Positions 1 to 12,454 of a stretch of DNA of 64,000 bases are shown here, piece by piece; position 1 is the first letter of the stretch, and each line of letters opens with the position of its first letter. Below the pieces are notes generated by a model, which searched no databases, was not told the DNA's origin, and worked only from the letters and a program-made list of their open reading frames with translations. Position numbers and translations under genes: made by a program. Source of the DNA: Prorocentrum cordatum (Eukaryota); the NCBI GenBank assembly GCA_963575745.1, contig CAUYUJ010000101.1:1-64000 (forward strand), given 5' to 3'.

Positions 1-782
1 GACGAGGGAGGAAGGTAAGGGGGCCCCTTCCAGATCCTTCATATTCAAAACGTCTGCCCTTCACCTGTGAGCGAGGGGCTGCTCGTACACTGCATGGATA
101 GCCTTCAGTTGCCCTGTATGGGTGGGAGGGAGGGAGGGAGGGAGGAAGGGAGGGAGGAGGGGGAGGGGGGGGAGAGAGGGAGGGAGGGAGGGAGGGAGGG
201 AGGGAGGGCAGGTAGGGAGGCGGGGAGGGAGGGAGGGTGGGGAGGGATGGAGCAGGGAGGGAGGAGAAGAAGGAGGAGGAGACGGAGGGGGAGGGGGGAA
301 AAAGGCGAGAGGAGGATCGATGCTCTTGGATTCCCTTTCGCACTTTTAAAAACTTGTTGGGCATCCTTGTCGCCATGGCTGGATCTGCCTCGAAAGTAAG
401 GTGGTAACGCGACCCTGGAAAGACCCTGGGGGGCGACTTTTGATCGGAGGAGAGGCAGGAGAAGGAGGAGGGGGGAGGAGGAAGGGGGGGAGGGAGAAGG
501 AGGACAGGAAGAAACGAGGAGGAGGAGGAGGAGGACAGAGAGGAACGAGAAGGAGGAGGGGAAGGAGGACGAGGAGAGAAAGAAGAAGAAGAAGAAGAAG
601 AAGAAGAAGGGAGGGGAAGGATCGACGATTCTGTATCGACGTGTTTGGGCGCCTTTACTCCTCTTTGGCTTTCCAGTGAGCTCTGGAGGCCTCTGGAGGC
701 CTCTGGGGATCCTTCCCGGGGGATCTGCGGAGGCCTCTGGGGACCTCGAGAAGCCCACACCTATGGCGATTTGAAGAAGCGC

Positions 783-1386
783 GCCTCCTCCTCCTCCTCC
801 TCCTCCTCCTCCTCCCTCCTCCCTCCCTCCTCCTCCTTCCTCCCCTCCTTCTCCTCTCCTCCTCCTCCTCCTCCTCCTCCTCTCCTCCTCCTCCTCCTCC
901 TCCTCCTCCCCTCCTCCTCCTCCTCCTCCTCCTCCTCCTCCTCCTCCTCTCCTCCTCCTCTCCTCCTCCTCCTCCTCCTCCTCCTCTCTCTTCTCCTTCT
1001 CCTCCTCCTCTCCTCCTCCTCCTTCTCCTCCTCCTCCTCCTCCTCCTCCTCCTCCTCCTCCTCCTGTTCCTCCTCCAGATGTTATTCACGGAGTTCGGCT
1101 TCCAGGCGCCGCTTCCTGGACCCCAGACCGTCAAGAAACTGACCAGCTCGGGGAGAAGTTGAGCTGCCTTGGAGCTGGCGAGTCCAAGAAATCGAATCGC
1201 GGAAGACTGGTGGAGGAGGAGGAGGAGGAGGAGGAGGAGGAGGAGGAGGAGGGAGGAGAGAGGAGGAGGAGGAGGAGGAGAGGAGGAGGAGGAGGAGGAG
1301 GAGGAGGAGGAGGAGGAGGGAGGAGGAGGAGGAGGAGGAGGAGGAGGAGGAGGAGGAGGAGGAGGAGGAGGAGGAGGAGAAGCAGG

Positions 1387-1446
<60 letters not shown>

Positions 1447-1563
1447 AGGAGACGAGTCGCCGCAGCCGGATTCGCGCCTCGCAGTCCCGGCCAGGACGCG
1501 CGTCTGTCCGGGTCGAGGGGATCGACGTCGAGGCGGAGCACGAGGAGGAGGAGGAGGAGGAGG
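783..1563. repeat. (CTC)n then (GAG)n/(GCAGGA)n microsatellites (representative of many GAG/CTC tracts across the window)
   Basis: Directly visible. Similar tracts near 7720, 20695, 21940, 24515, 25445, 44580, 50140, 58970 and 62105. Confidence 0.95.
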
Positions 1564-1869
1564 AGCGGCAGGCGGAGCAGGGGCAGGGGGGGCCAGCAGG
1601 GCGGAGCGCTCCCGGCCTGGGAGGGGTCAGGGCGGTGCCTGGGAGAGCTCGGGGGAACGATCTCTGGCGAGAAGACGGGGTGCAGCGGAGCAGAGGTCAG
1701 GGGGAAGGGTACGCAGGAGGGCAAGAAGAGGGAGTGAAGGGGGGGAGGATGCTGAGAGAGACGGGAACGGAAAGGGGGAGGGGGGGGGAAGGGCGAAAGG
1801 GGCAAGGGGGGAAGCGGCAAGGGCGGGAAGGGGGGGAGGGGGAAGGGGGAGGGGGGAGAGGGGTGGATG

Positions 1870-2640
1870 GCAAGCTAGGTGCGCTCGCGCCTCATCTGAC
1901 ATCCTATCCCTCCATTTCATCTCTTCGCGGAGTTTTCTCTATCCGCGGACGCGTGTCCTGGCCGACCTGCGACTCCACTGACAAAAAATCGTGTGATGCG
2001 CAATCGGAAAAAAAAGGTGAGCCGCGGGCACAGGAGGAGGCGGGGGAGCAGAAGAAGGAGGAGGGCGAGGAGACGGAGAAGGCGGCGGGTGAGCAGGAGG
2101 ATGAGCGGGAGGAAAAAGATGAGGGCGAACAGCAGCAGCATGAACGAAAGCGGAAAGATCGGGAAGAAAAGGAGGACCAGAGGAAGGCGGAGGATAAGAA
2201 AGGAGGGGAGTGACAACGATGAAGAAAGACTCGGATTCAGAAAAGTTGCCCGCGCTTGGGCGAGAGGAACAGGAACAGTAGGAAATGGAGTGGAAGGAGC
2301 GGGAGGAACAGGAGGAACAGGGGAAGGCGGAAGAGGGGAAACGAGGGGGGGGACTACAATGAAGCAAGACTCGGATCCAGAGAAGTGGCCCGCGCTGGGG
2401 CGAGAGCGCCATTCTGAACGACGGGAGCAAAGCGCCGATCCGAAAATGAGGCCCACGCTGCAGCGGGAGCACCACTTGGAAACACCGAAAATAATCGGAT
2501 TGCAAAAAAACATTAGCAAAATCAAGATTTCAAATCCTGTGTGAATCAGCAGCACACGGAGTGAGCTGGAGATGTTCCCGACAACTTCAGGGGAGGAGGG
2601 AGAGCTGTACTCGGACTGATCAATTGTAGAGCGGATGCGG
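1870..2640 (+). repeat. Dispersed repeat family A
   Basis: Starts CAAGCTAGGTGCGCTCGCGCCTCATCTGACATCCT after a G-rich tract and contains GACTCGGATCCAGARAAGTGGCCCGCGCTGGGGCGAGAGCGCCATTC. Homologues at ~55533, 56480, 57445, 60015, 62990 and 63777. Confidence 0.85.
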
Positions 2641-2687
2641 CCATGGGGAAGGGAAGGGCAACAGAGGGGATGCGGGGAGGAGTGGGC

Positions 2688-4031
2688 CTATCTGTAGCCT
2701 GCGAACTTCTTCGGGCACGTGTCGAACATGGGAACGATGGTGCACTTCCTGTACAGGTCAGGGATGCACGGCTTGCTGGAGCCGGCCACGTACCGCGCCT
2801 CGAAGCGGCGGAACTCGAACTTCGTGACGTTGGCGTGGGCGGCCTCCAGCAGCCTCTTGAAGTACTCCTCCGTCATCAGCGGGTCGGTGCCCTTGGTGGC
2901 CGTCGGTGCCATGTTGATCCACTGCGCCATCTGGGAGATGTGCGCGTCGCGGGTCCGAGCAAAGAGCACGTCGATGCCCCGCCGGGAGGCGAAGTAGAGC
3001 TTGTCGGAGTAGAAGTTCCAGCCGCAGTGCTTGTCCACCAGGATCGCCGCCGGAGACTCCGAAGGCGCGGCTCCGTTGTCCATATCCCTGGCGAGCTGCA
3101 GCAGGGTGAAGGGCGGGTGCACGAAGACGTTGTCCTCGCGGGTGTACAGGACGTGCGTGTACTTGTAGGGGAGTTTCTTCTCGGCCGCCACAGCGGAGCT
3201 GTAGGCGAGGTGGCGCAGGTACATCATGTTGCCGTTCTGCTCGAAGCGGCCCTCGCGGCTCGGCAGCTTCCTCCACCAATAATCGAAGGCATCGGGATCC
3301 ATGTTACTCGTCGCCTTGGCTTTGGCCAAGATGTCCTCCCGGACTTTCCTCATGTCCTTCTCGAACCCATCGCCATCGACGATTCTGATATGGACCTCGC
3401 GAGCACCAGAACTCGCGAACTCATTACGCATCGACTCAGCCACCCGTCGCATTCCGTCACTCACCCGCATGGTCTCGAAGTGCTTCTCAATGGAGGGCTT
3501 CTCGAACGCCCCCTCCCCATAGGCTGGCAGCTCGTACTTCGCTCCCCGGAACCCCGTCACGTTTGTGTTGGACAGGGCGATGTGCACATCGACAGCGATG
3601 GGACACTCAGCGTGCCGTTTATCGTAATCACTGCATCCAGACCACGCGTGGATACCTCGAGAGTAATGGCATAAACATAAACTTTGAGAGGTCCGCTCGG
3701 ATTTCTTGGATCGGCGCTGGACCCCCTTACCCGGCGCGCGTAGCGCGCCAGGGGCTGCGCCAGAGGCGCCTCCAGGGGGTCCAAGCGTCACTCCGAGAAA
3801 TCCGCGCGGACATCCGAAAGTTATGTTTATGCCAATTCTGTTCCCCGAAACACCTCCATCGATGAACTTGGCGGAGTCCTTGTAGATGAAGCGAGACACC
3901 TGGCCCGAGATCAGCCACGCCACGGCCCTCGGCTGCTCGCGGCCCGGGCCCTCTGTCGCGAGGGTCTGCTGCTGCAGACCACCCGAGGACCGCAGGGTCG
4001 CAAGGACAGCGACCACAGCGAGGCGGCCCAT
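2688..4031 (-). CDS. Putative glycosyltransferase-like protein with N-terminal signal/anchor; exons ~4031-3854 and 3655-2688 (possible additional short intron starting at 3464)
   Basis: Non-repetitive, GC3-rich coding sequence with a hydrophobic N-terminus (MGRLAVVAVLATL). Motifs LISGQVSRF, YTHVLYTREDNVF, CGWNFYSDKLYF and TEEYFKRLL resemble the 'SGQ.R ... YD.V...R.D ... ND' putative GT-like families (recalled, not searched). Removing 3656-3853 gives the in-frame junction FIDGG-IHAWSGC. Confidence 0.8.
   Translation of the reverse strand: MGRLAVVAVLATLRSSGGLQQQTLATEGPGREQPRAVAWLISGQVSRFIYKDSAKFIDGGVSGNRIGINITFGCPRGFLGVTLGPPGGASGAAPGALRAPGKGVQRRSKKSERTSQSLCLCHYSRGIHAWSGCSDYDKRHAECPIAVDVHIALSNTNVTGFRGAKYELPAYGEGAFEKPSIEKHFETMRVSDGMRRVAESMRNEFASSGAREVHIRIVDGDGFEKDMRKVREDILAKAKATSNMDPDAFDYWWRKLPSREGRFEQNGNMMYLRHLAYSSAVAAEKKLPYKYTHVLYTREDNVFVHPPFTLLQLARDMDNGAAPSESPAAILVDKHCGWNFYSDKLYFASRRGIDVLFARTRDAHISQMAQWINMAPTATKGTDPLMTEEYFKRLLEAAHANVTKFEFRRFEARYVAGSSKPCIPDLYRKCTIVPMFDTCPKKFAGYR
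3656..3853 (-). mobile_element. Introner-like intron (198 bp, GT...AG) with subterminal inverted repeats
   Basis: GGAG|GTGTTT donor and TCGAG|GTATC acceptor, with GAGGT repeated at both junctions. Imperfect ~38-bp inverted repeats: GGCATAAACATAACTTTCGGATGTCCGCGCGGATTTCT / GGCATAAACATAAACTTTGAGAGGTCCGCTCGGATTTCT. Confidence 0.8.
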
Positions 4032-4854
4032 CGCGTGCGAAGTGGGTGTACGCAGTATGACACGGTGCGGGCATTGGATAAGGAACCACCAGGAGGGGCT
4101 GAGTCCGGACGGACACGGTCTGGACGGACGCCGAACACGCCGTGGGGACTCTCCCCGCACGGACGGAGCATCCCGTCGGAAGAGGCCAAAGTCCCGACGG
4201 GGACAGCCCGGACGGAAACTGAGCATTACGTACGGACTTCCTCCACACGGGCTTGGCCTCCTCTGAACACATTGGGTAAGGAACCCACGGTATGGAAGCC
4301 AGTGGAACTCCATTCGTTGATTGGCCATGAGTGCCACTGCCGCCCTCATCCGATAAGGAATCCCCCAGAAGCCTCCTGGGCAGATTCCTCAACCAACGCC
4401 CCCACCGTATGTAATGTAATGTGATACGTGTTAGCAGCAACTGAGGCGACTGGCAACCAGGCGGGCTGCCAGCCAGGCCCGACCCAGCAAGGACAGAATC
4501 CGCCGAGCCGTCTGGGATCACCAGGCGCGCGAGTGAGACTGGGATCAGATCTCCTTTGCCTGCATGAGAGATTGACTGGTGGGCCTTGGGACGGTCTTGG
4601 GCGGGCAGCCTGGTTTGCATGTCGCACTTGACCGCCGGAGAGGTCCAAACAAGACGCCCAATGCAGCTCCAAAACACCCACAAGAGACTCCTAAGGCTGG
4701 CCTAGACAGCCCCAGAGCGATCCTTGACGGAACAAAAATGGCCGTCAGACACCCGAAGGCCCTCTGGAAGGCCCTGAAGAGGATCCACACAGGCCACCGG
4801 CCAGCCCCCAAAAAGGCCCTCGCGAAACCCTCGAGACGCTCAGGAAAAACAGGA

Positions 4855-5500
4855 CCCTATGATCAGGATCACACATTGTTTGCAACATCTCTGCAGGAGG
4901 TCGAGGTGGTGGCGACTTTGCGTGCAAAAAATTGCTAGCGCACGGCTGAAAGCAAATTGCAAAATAACGAACTCGTGCCCCGGGCTTCTTATCGATACCG
5001 CGGGCATGCTCGCGGAAGTCATCAAGATGTGTCCACAGCGAAAACAACAGATTGACAAAGCACTGCAAAAAGATCTTTCCGCACGCGAGGGAGAAATATT
5101 GTAAACCGGCTGCCTTGTATGTGGATGCAGCATGACAACCTGCGAAACACTCCGCCCAGCCGCAAGATTATCGTCCTGTTGCGTCCCAGGTCGTCGGCTT
5201 CTGCAGAAGTCTAGCAGCCTTGCACATCTTGCCAACACCAACAATAACATCATTACATACGGGTAGTCACGATGACGTCAAGTGGAAGATGATGAGACAT
5301 GTTGTAGGCTGGGTGAAACAAGAAGAAGAGGAGTGGCATGACACAGGGCAACGCATGAAGCCCTGGAACACAGTTTTGACAAGCGCCCGCGTGGCAATCT
5401 GGAGCCAAGCACGGCAAAGACGAAGGCTCGTTGGCAAGACTACCAACCGAGCACCAGAGGTCACCTACCGGACTGCAGGGGCAAAAGTGGGCGATGCAGG
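4855..5500 (+). pseudogene. Decayed non-LTR retrotransposon RT fragment (RTE-like C-terminal half)
   Basis: Across frameshifts it reads YDQDHTLFATSLQEVE (degenerate YADD..LFATS), RGRNIVNRLPCMWMQHDNLRNT..SRKIIVLLR and KMMRHVVGWVKQEEEEWHDTGQRMK, in the order expected after the RT active site. Recognised by eye only. Confidence 0.55.
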
Positions 5501-6639
5501 GTGTGCTTTCTGTAGGGCCAGCTGTGCAGCCGTGCGGGGTGACTGCACTGACCGACAGCAGTCAGGACGAACTGTCGGCCCCGGGCTGGGGAAGGGGTTG
5601 TGAGGTCTGGGACCGACTGGCGGCTTTCAAACATCGAGTCGTGTGAGGTCGCGGATGCTGGCTCTGGACCGACCTCCAAGCCTTCAAGGGGCCAGCTTGC
5701 TTGGGCCACGTCGCCACGCGGGCCCTCAGGCGTGCAGGGGCGGATGCCTGTCGCTGTTTGCCAGTCCTGTGGATCGGAGGTTGCTACCAGATGCCCAGAA
5801 TGACGGCACAGCTCTGGCGCAACCCTTCGAAAGGTCGCAGGAAGTCTGGGACCACAGACGGCCTCCCTTCTGCACGAGAGGCCTCAGGAGGTCGTGCTGG
5901 TCCGCGGAGGACGCGGGACACGAGGCATCGGGCAGCAACAGCCGGGTCGCGGCAGAGCTCGCGCACCGGAACGAGCGTCGGGGGGGTGGAGAGAGAGAAC
6001 TTTTCCCGTCGCGGCGAGGCAGAGGCGATCCGCTCGCGCGTCGAGCGAATCGGGCTACGGCGTTGCGAACTGTCCCGAATTGCCCCGTAGACAAAAAATC
6101 TGCGATTTCAAAGGGTGTGGCTTGCAAAGGGTGTGGTTTGCAACAGGCACCTTGGGGAACATCCTGGGGGGCACCCTGGGGGGCACGCGGGGACCTCGAC
6201 AGGGTTCTCCCGCGCCCCGAGGAGGCCCGACGAGGACAGTGTCGTGCCCCCCCAGGTCCCAACAGTGCCGATCGCAAACCACCCCCAGTGTAACCATACA
6301 CGTCGTTCATTTCTTATCGTGCTCATTTCTAATTGTGCTCGTTTCTAGCTGTTCCTGGCCCCCTAGTGGCCAGGAAGAGGCCCAGGATAGAAGAATCAGA
6401 AAGGAAAGGATCTTGGCCCCCAAAAAATCAAAGAACCCTCGAAGAATTGGATAGGAACAGTGTGTGCCCCGCGTGGCCGCCGAAGAGAACACCCTGGGCA
6501 TAACGACAACGACCCAGTTGTCAGGCCCGGAGGGCGCAGCCCCCCGCGGCAGAGACCTGGTGCCGCGGGCCATGTTCGGCCTCTCTTCGGGGCCTCGGGG
6601 GCCGCCCTGAGGCGATCTTCGGGGCGTCCTGCACGCTCT

Positions 6640-6790
6640 TCTGAAGGGGCCCCAGGACACACAAATAAATACACACAAATAAAAGTATCCCGCATATTTT
6701 CCTATATTTTCTGGGTTTTTGTCTTCCCCCCACTTCCCATATTTTTGCATATTTTCCCCTCCTGTGTGTTTTTTCCCCTCCTGATTGACG
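6640..6790 (+). repeat. Dispersed repeat family D
   Basis: GGACACACAAATAAATACACACAAATAAAA...TTTTCTGGGTTT..GTCTTCCCCCCACTTCCCA, also at ~42655-42820 and ~46565-46730. Confidence 0.85.
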
Positions 6791-8659
6791 CGGAACGAGC
6801 GAGCGGGCACACGATTGACGAGCCACTGCCAGCTGCCTGCGGCAAGTGCCGCCGCCGGCAGCTGCATGCGCGAGGGCAGCATCCCCTCGGGGGCGGGACA
6901 CGAAGAAGGCACCTCGCCGATGGAGGCCTCGCGGGTGGGGCCGGAGCGCAGAGGGACAACAAAAGTGAAGCCTTGGCTCCGCTCCCTCCTTTCTAGGGAG
7001 TCGAACTCTATATGCTCACGCGTTTCCCCGGGACATCGGGGAAAAAAGTATACACCACATCACCCCAGAGTCGTCCTTGACCCTCCAAAAAAACTGGGAT
7101 CGAAAAACAGCCCGCCACTGGTAATGTGGATGTTCCAGTTTCAGACTTTCCCCCTCGCTGTTCAAAGTTGGCCCTGGGCATTCGGGAGCACGGGCTCGGA
7201 AGGACAGCCAGAGTGGAACCCCCAGGGGCCTCCAGCAGGCCGGTCGCCAACTTTTGAGTCTGGGGGGGGGGGGGGGGGGCGAACACGGGGGCGAAAACGA
7301 AGGGGTTCCACTTGTCTACCCCCTTGCTGGAGCAGGTGGGGCCGGAGGATGGCGCCACATCGCCGACGCATCGCCGATGCATCATCGATGCACTGGCGAC
7401 GTGGGCGATGCATGGGCGACGTCGCTGTGGAGAACATCGGGCTCCACATCGAGCCGCATCGCCGATGCGTCGGCGATGCGGCGCGATGCTCCTGCCCCAT
7501 CTGCTCGGACCCCGTGTGGGAGGCCCAGGGCTGCTCGACCTGCCGAGGCGGGGGAGATGCCGTCAGCCTCCGGGCGTGGATAGCGGCAGGCCTTCCAGGA
7601 CGCCTTCGCCGAGCCCAACGCGCTCGCGCCTCGGCGAGGATGGCCTCGGGAGGGCGCCGGCGGACGCGGCGCAGGCCTGGTGAGGTCCGCCCGTCAGGTC
7701 GACGGCCTGCGAAGGCCCCCTCCTCCTCCTCCCCCTCCTCCTCCTCCTCCTCCTCCCTCCTCCTCCTCCTCCTCCTCCTCCTCCTCCTCCTCCTCCTCCT
7801 CCTCCTCCTCCTCCTCCTCCTCCTCCTCCTCTCAGACCGCCCAGCAGAGCCGCAGACGGCCCCGGGGGACCCCCCGAAGCGGCCGAGAGGGGCCCGGGAG
7901 GGCCCGAGGGGGGGCCACAGAGCAGCCCGAAGAGGACCCACGAGGCGGCCCGGCAATGGACGAGACGCCTGTCTGGCCGTGTCCCCCGCGAAGCGGTGTG
8001 AACCAGCCAGCCGCAGCAGGTCCTGAGCCGGAATGGCCGAGGAAGGCAGGGAGAGCAGGAGCCAACAGCAGCAGGAGAGGGAGGAGGGGGGGAGAGAGAG
8101 AGAGAGAGAGAGAGAGAGGAGGAGTAGCAGCGGCAGGGGGGAAGGAGACAATGAGAAGGGCAGGGAGCAGGTGGAGAATGGAGAACGAGCGGGAGGAGGG
8201 GAACGAGGGGGAGAAGCAGAAGCGAGGGGAGGGATCAGGAGCAGGAGCGGGAGCAGGGAAGGAGCAAGAGGTAGGGAAGGAGGCTGAGGAGGAGCCGGGT
8301 GCTGGAGGACAGAAGATTAACCCTCATGATAAGCACCCCGACAACCAGAGCCCTTCAGTAAACGCACTCGAAGAAAGAATCGAACAACATAGTGAACTCC
8401 CAGGATTGTTCTGCAAGAACCGGTAATGGGGATCGGGGTAGTCTTCCCTTTCTTGAAATACGGGGGAAGCGTGGCGCAGGGAAGGAGCACTTTTCGGAGC
8501 AGATCGTTCGCAACAGGGGACGCGCGCGCGCGTCGCAGCCCCCCGCGCCCCCTGAGCTGGACTGCGGCAGGCTTGAATATGCCTGATGCTCGCTTTCGCG
8601 CAATGCACACTGCTCCAGCCCCTTACTGGACGGCCAAGCTTGGCCTGGGGAGCACACGT

Positions 8660-9880
<1,221 letters not shown>

Positions 9881-10007
9881 GGGTCACCCGTCGTCGATGG
9901 CAGGCCTGTTTGTGGCGAGTAGTTTGGTTGGGTTTGTATACAGGTGTACGAAAACCCGATATAAACGACGCGTCCTTCACACTTGACCTAGGGCCCCGGC
10001 ACGCTGT

Positions 10008-10890
10008 GAGGAATCCTAAGGAAGGAATCTTCAGGAATTCTCCTGGAAACCTAAAAGAATTCTCTCGGAATTCTAAGGAATTCTCCAGGAATCCTAAGGA
10101 ATTCCTGAGGAATCCCGAGGAATTCATCAGGAATCCTAGGGAATCCCTGAGGAATCCTGGGGGATTCTCCCGGAATCCTAAGGAAATCTCTGAGATTCCC
10201 TAGGAATTCTGTAGGAATCCCAAAGAAGCCTGAGAAAACCTAAGGATTTTGTAAAGAAGCTTCCAGGAATCCGACGGAATCCTAAAAATCCTGAAGGAAT
10301 CTTAAAGGAATCCTAAGGAATCCTTAGGAATCCCTGCGGAATCCCAAGGAAGCCTCCAGGAAACCGAAGGAATTTTCGGGAATCTCAAGGAAGTCTCCAG
10401 GAATCCTCAGGAATTCTTCCGAAATCCTAAGGAATACCAAAGGAATCCTTAAGAATTCTTCAGGAATCCTAAAGAATTCAACAGGAATCCGAAGGAATCT
10501 CGAAGTTCCCGAAGGAATCTCTGAGGAATCCCAAGGAATCTCGGAGGAATCCGAAGGAATTCACCAGTAATTCTTAGGAAGCCTCCAGGAATCCAAACGA
10601 ATCCCCGACGAATCCTAAGGAATCCTTGGGATTCCATCGGAATTCTCCAGGAATCCGAAGGAATTCGTAAGGATTTCTTAGGAGTTCTTCAAGAATCCTA
10701 AAGAAGTCTCCAGGAATCCTAAGGAAGTCTCCAGGAATCCGAAGGAAGTCTCCAGGAATCCGAAGGAATGCACGAGGAATCCTAAGGAAGTCTCGGTGAA
10801 CCCGAAGGAATATCCGAAGGCTTCCTCGGTGACTCCTAAGAATTTACCCCGAAGATTCCTAAGGAAGTCTCGAGGAGTCCTCAGGAATTC
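10008..10890. repeat. Degenerate short-period satellite (AGGAATCCTAAGGAATTC-like units)
   Basis: Continuous variants of aggaatcc(t/g)aaggaa(t/g)tc. Confidence 0.9.
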
Positions 10891-11119
10891 TCGAGACTGA
10901 GTATGCGCGTGGAGTTGAGGTAGCTCCGCAAGAGAGGAGATCACAGTAGCAACTGCGGTGGCCACGGTGGCGCGGGACAGAAATGCCCATGGAAAAGGGC
11001 TCCCATGAGGCCACCAAATTGACACCAAAAAGACCAACTTAGCGCGATTCCTTCAAGGGACAGATACGTCTTCCGCACCCAGGACGGCCCAAGACGCTTC
11101 CAAGGTCGCTCCGACACAG

Positions 11120-12270
11120 CTATTGGTTTGCAATAGAAAACTGATTAAAACCATTGGTTTCCAATAGTTAGTTTTCAATAGAAAACTAATCAAAACCATT
11201 GGTTTCCAATTGGGAACTAATCAAAACGACTGGCTTTCCTAATTAAAACCGTTGGTTCCCCAATAGAAAACTACTGGAAACCATTGGTTGCCAATAGAAA
11301 ACACTTATATATATAACAAAAATGGTTTCCAATAGAAAACTAATTAGAACCATTGGTTTCCCTAATGAAAACCATTGGTTCCCCAATTGAAAACTAATGG
11401 AAACCAGTGGTTTCCAATCGAAGACTGAAAACACCATTGGTTTCCAATAGAAAACGAATCAAATAAAATGGTTTCCTATGGGAAACTAATTAAAACAATT
11501 GGTTTCCAATAGAAAACTAGCAAACACAATTTGATTCCCATAGGAAAGCATTAAATATATAACTACTGGCTCCCAATAGAAAACTAATTGAAACCATTGG
11601 TTTCCAATGGGAAGCTAATTAAAACCATTGGTTTCCAATAGAGAGCTCGATAAAGACAATTGGTCTCCCAAGGAAAACTAATGAGAACCCTTGGTTCCCA
11701 ATGGGAAATTCATAAAAACTATTGGTTCCCAATAGAATAATAATACTAAAAACAAGCGGCTTACAATGCAAAACTATTTAAAACCATTGGTACCCAATAG
11801 GAAACTAATGGAAACAATTTGTTGCCAATAGAGAACTAATTAAAACCGCTGGTTTCGAATGGAAAGCCATTTTTAAAATAATAAACACCAAAAAAAAAAT
11901 GAAACAATTGGTTACCCATGGAAAACTAATTAAAACACGTGTTTCCCCATAGAAAAGTAATAAAAACCCTTGGTTCCCAAAAGAAAACAAATGAAAACCA
12001 TTGGTTCCCAATAGAAAACAAGTTAAAACCATTGGTTTCTAATTGTAAATTAATTAAAGCCATAGGTGTTCAATGGAAAACATAGTCAAACCATTGGTTT
12101 TCAATAGAAAACTAATTAAAACAGTTGGCCCCCAATAAAAACTAATTAAAACAATTGGTTTCCAATAGAAAACGAATTAAAACAATTGGTTTCCCAATAG
12201 AAAACGAATTAAAACAATTCGTTTCCAATAGAAAACAAATTCAAACAGTTGGCGTCCAATAGAAAACAAA
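11120..12270. repeat. AT-rich ~31-32-bp satellite (AAAACCATTGGTTTCCAATAGAAAACTAATT)
   Basis: Dozens of degenerate copies, each containing the imperfect palindrome AAACCATTGGTTT. Confidence 0.92.
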
Positions 12271-12454
12271 CTACCCTGCGGCGTACCCAACCCACGTGCA
12301 TCAAGTGGCAAGAGGAGTAGGCCAACATTAGCAGGAACAACGATAATGTAGGCGATGTGAATTGCTGTGCAAACTACATGGGATGCGCACGCATTGCACG
12401 GCTCACAGGACGACGATCGAAAGAACGAGGATTAAAGCCCCAGGCTCGCGTATG

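Noticed and set aside
2643..3674. 343-aa plus-strand ORF
   Set aside because: Antisense shadow of the GC3-rich minus-strand gene.
4032..4349. N-terminal 106 aa of the 553-aa ORF
   Set aside because: Not protein-like. The signal-peptide-like Met at 4031 is the more plausible start.
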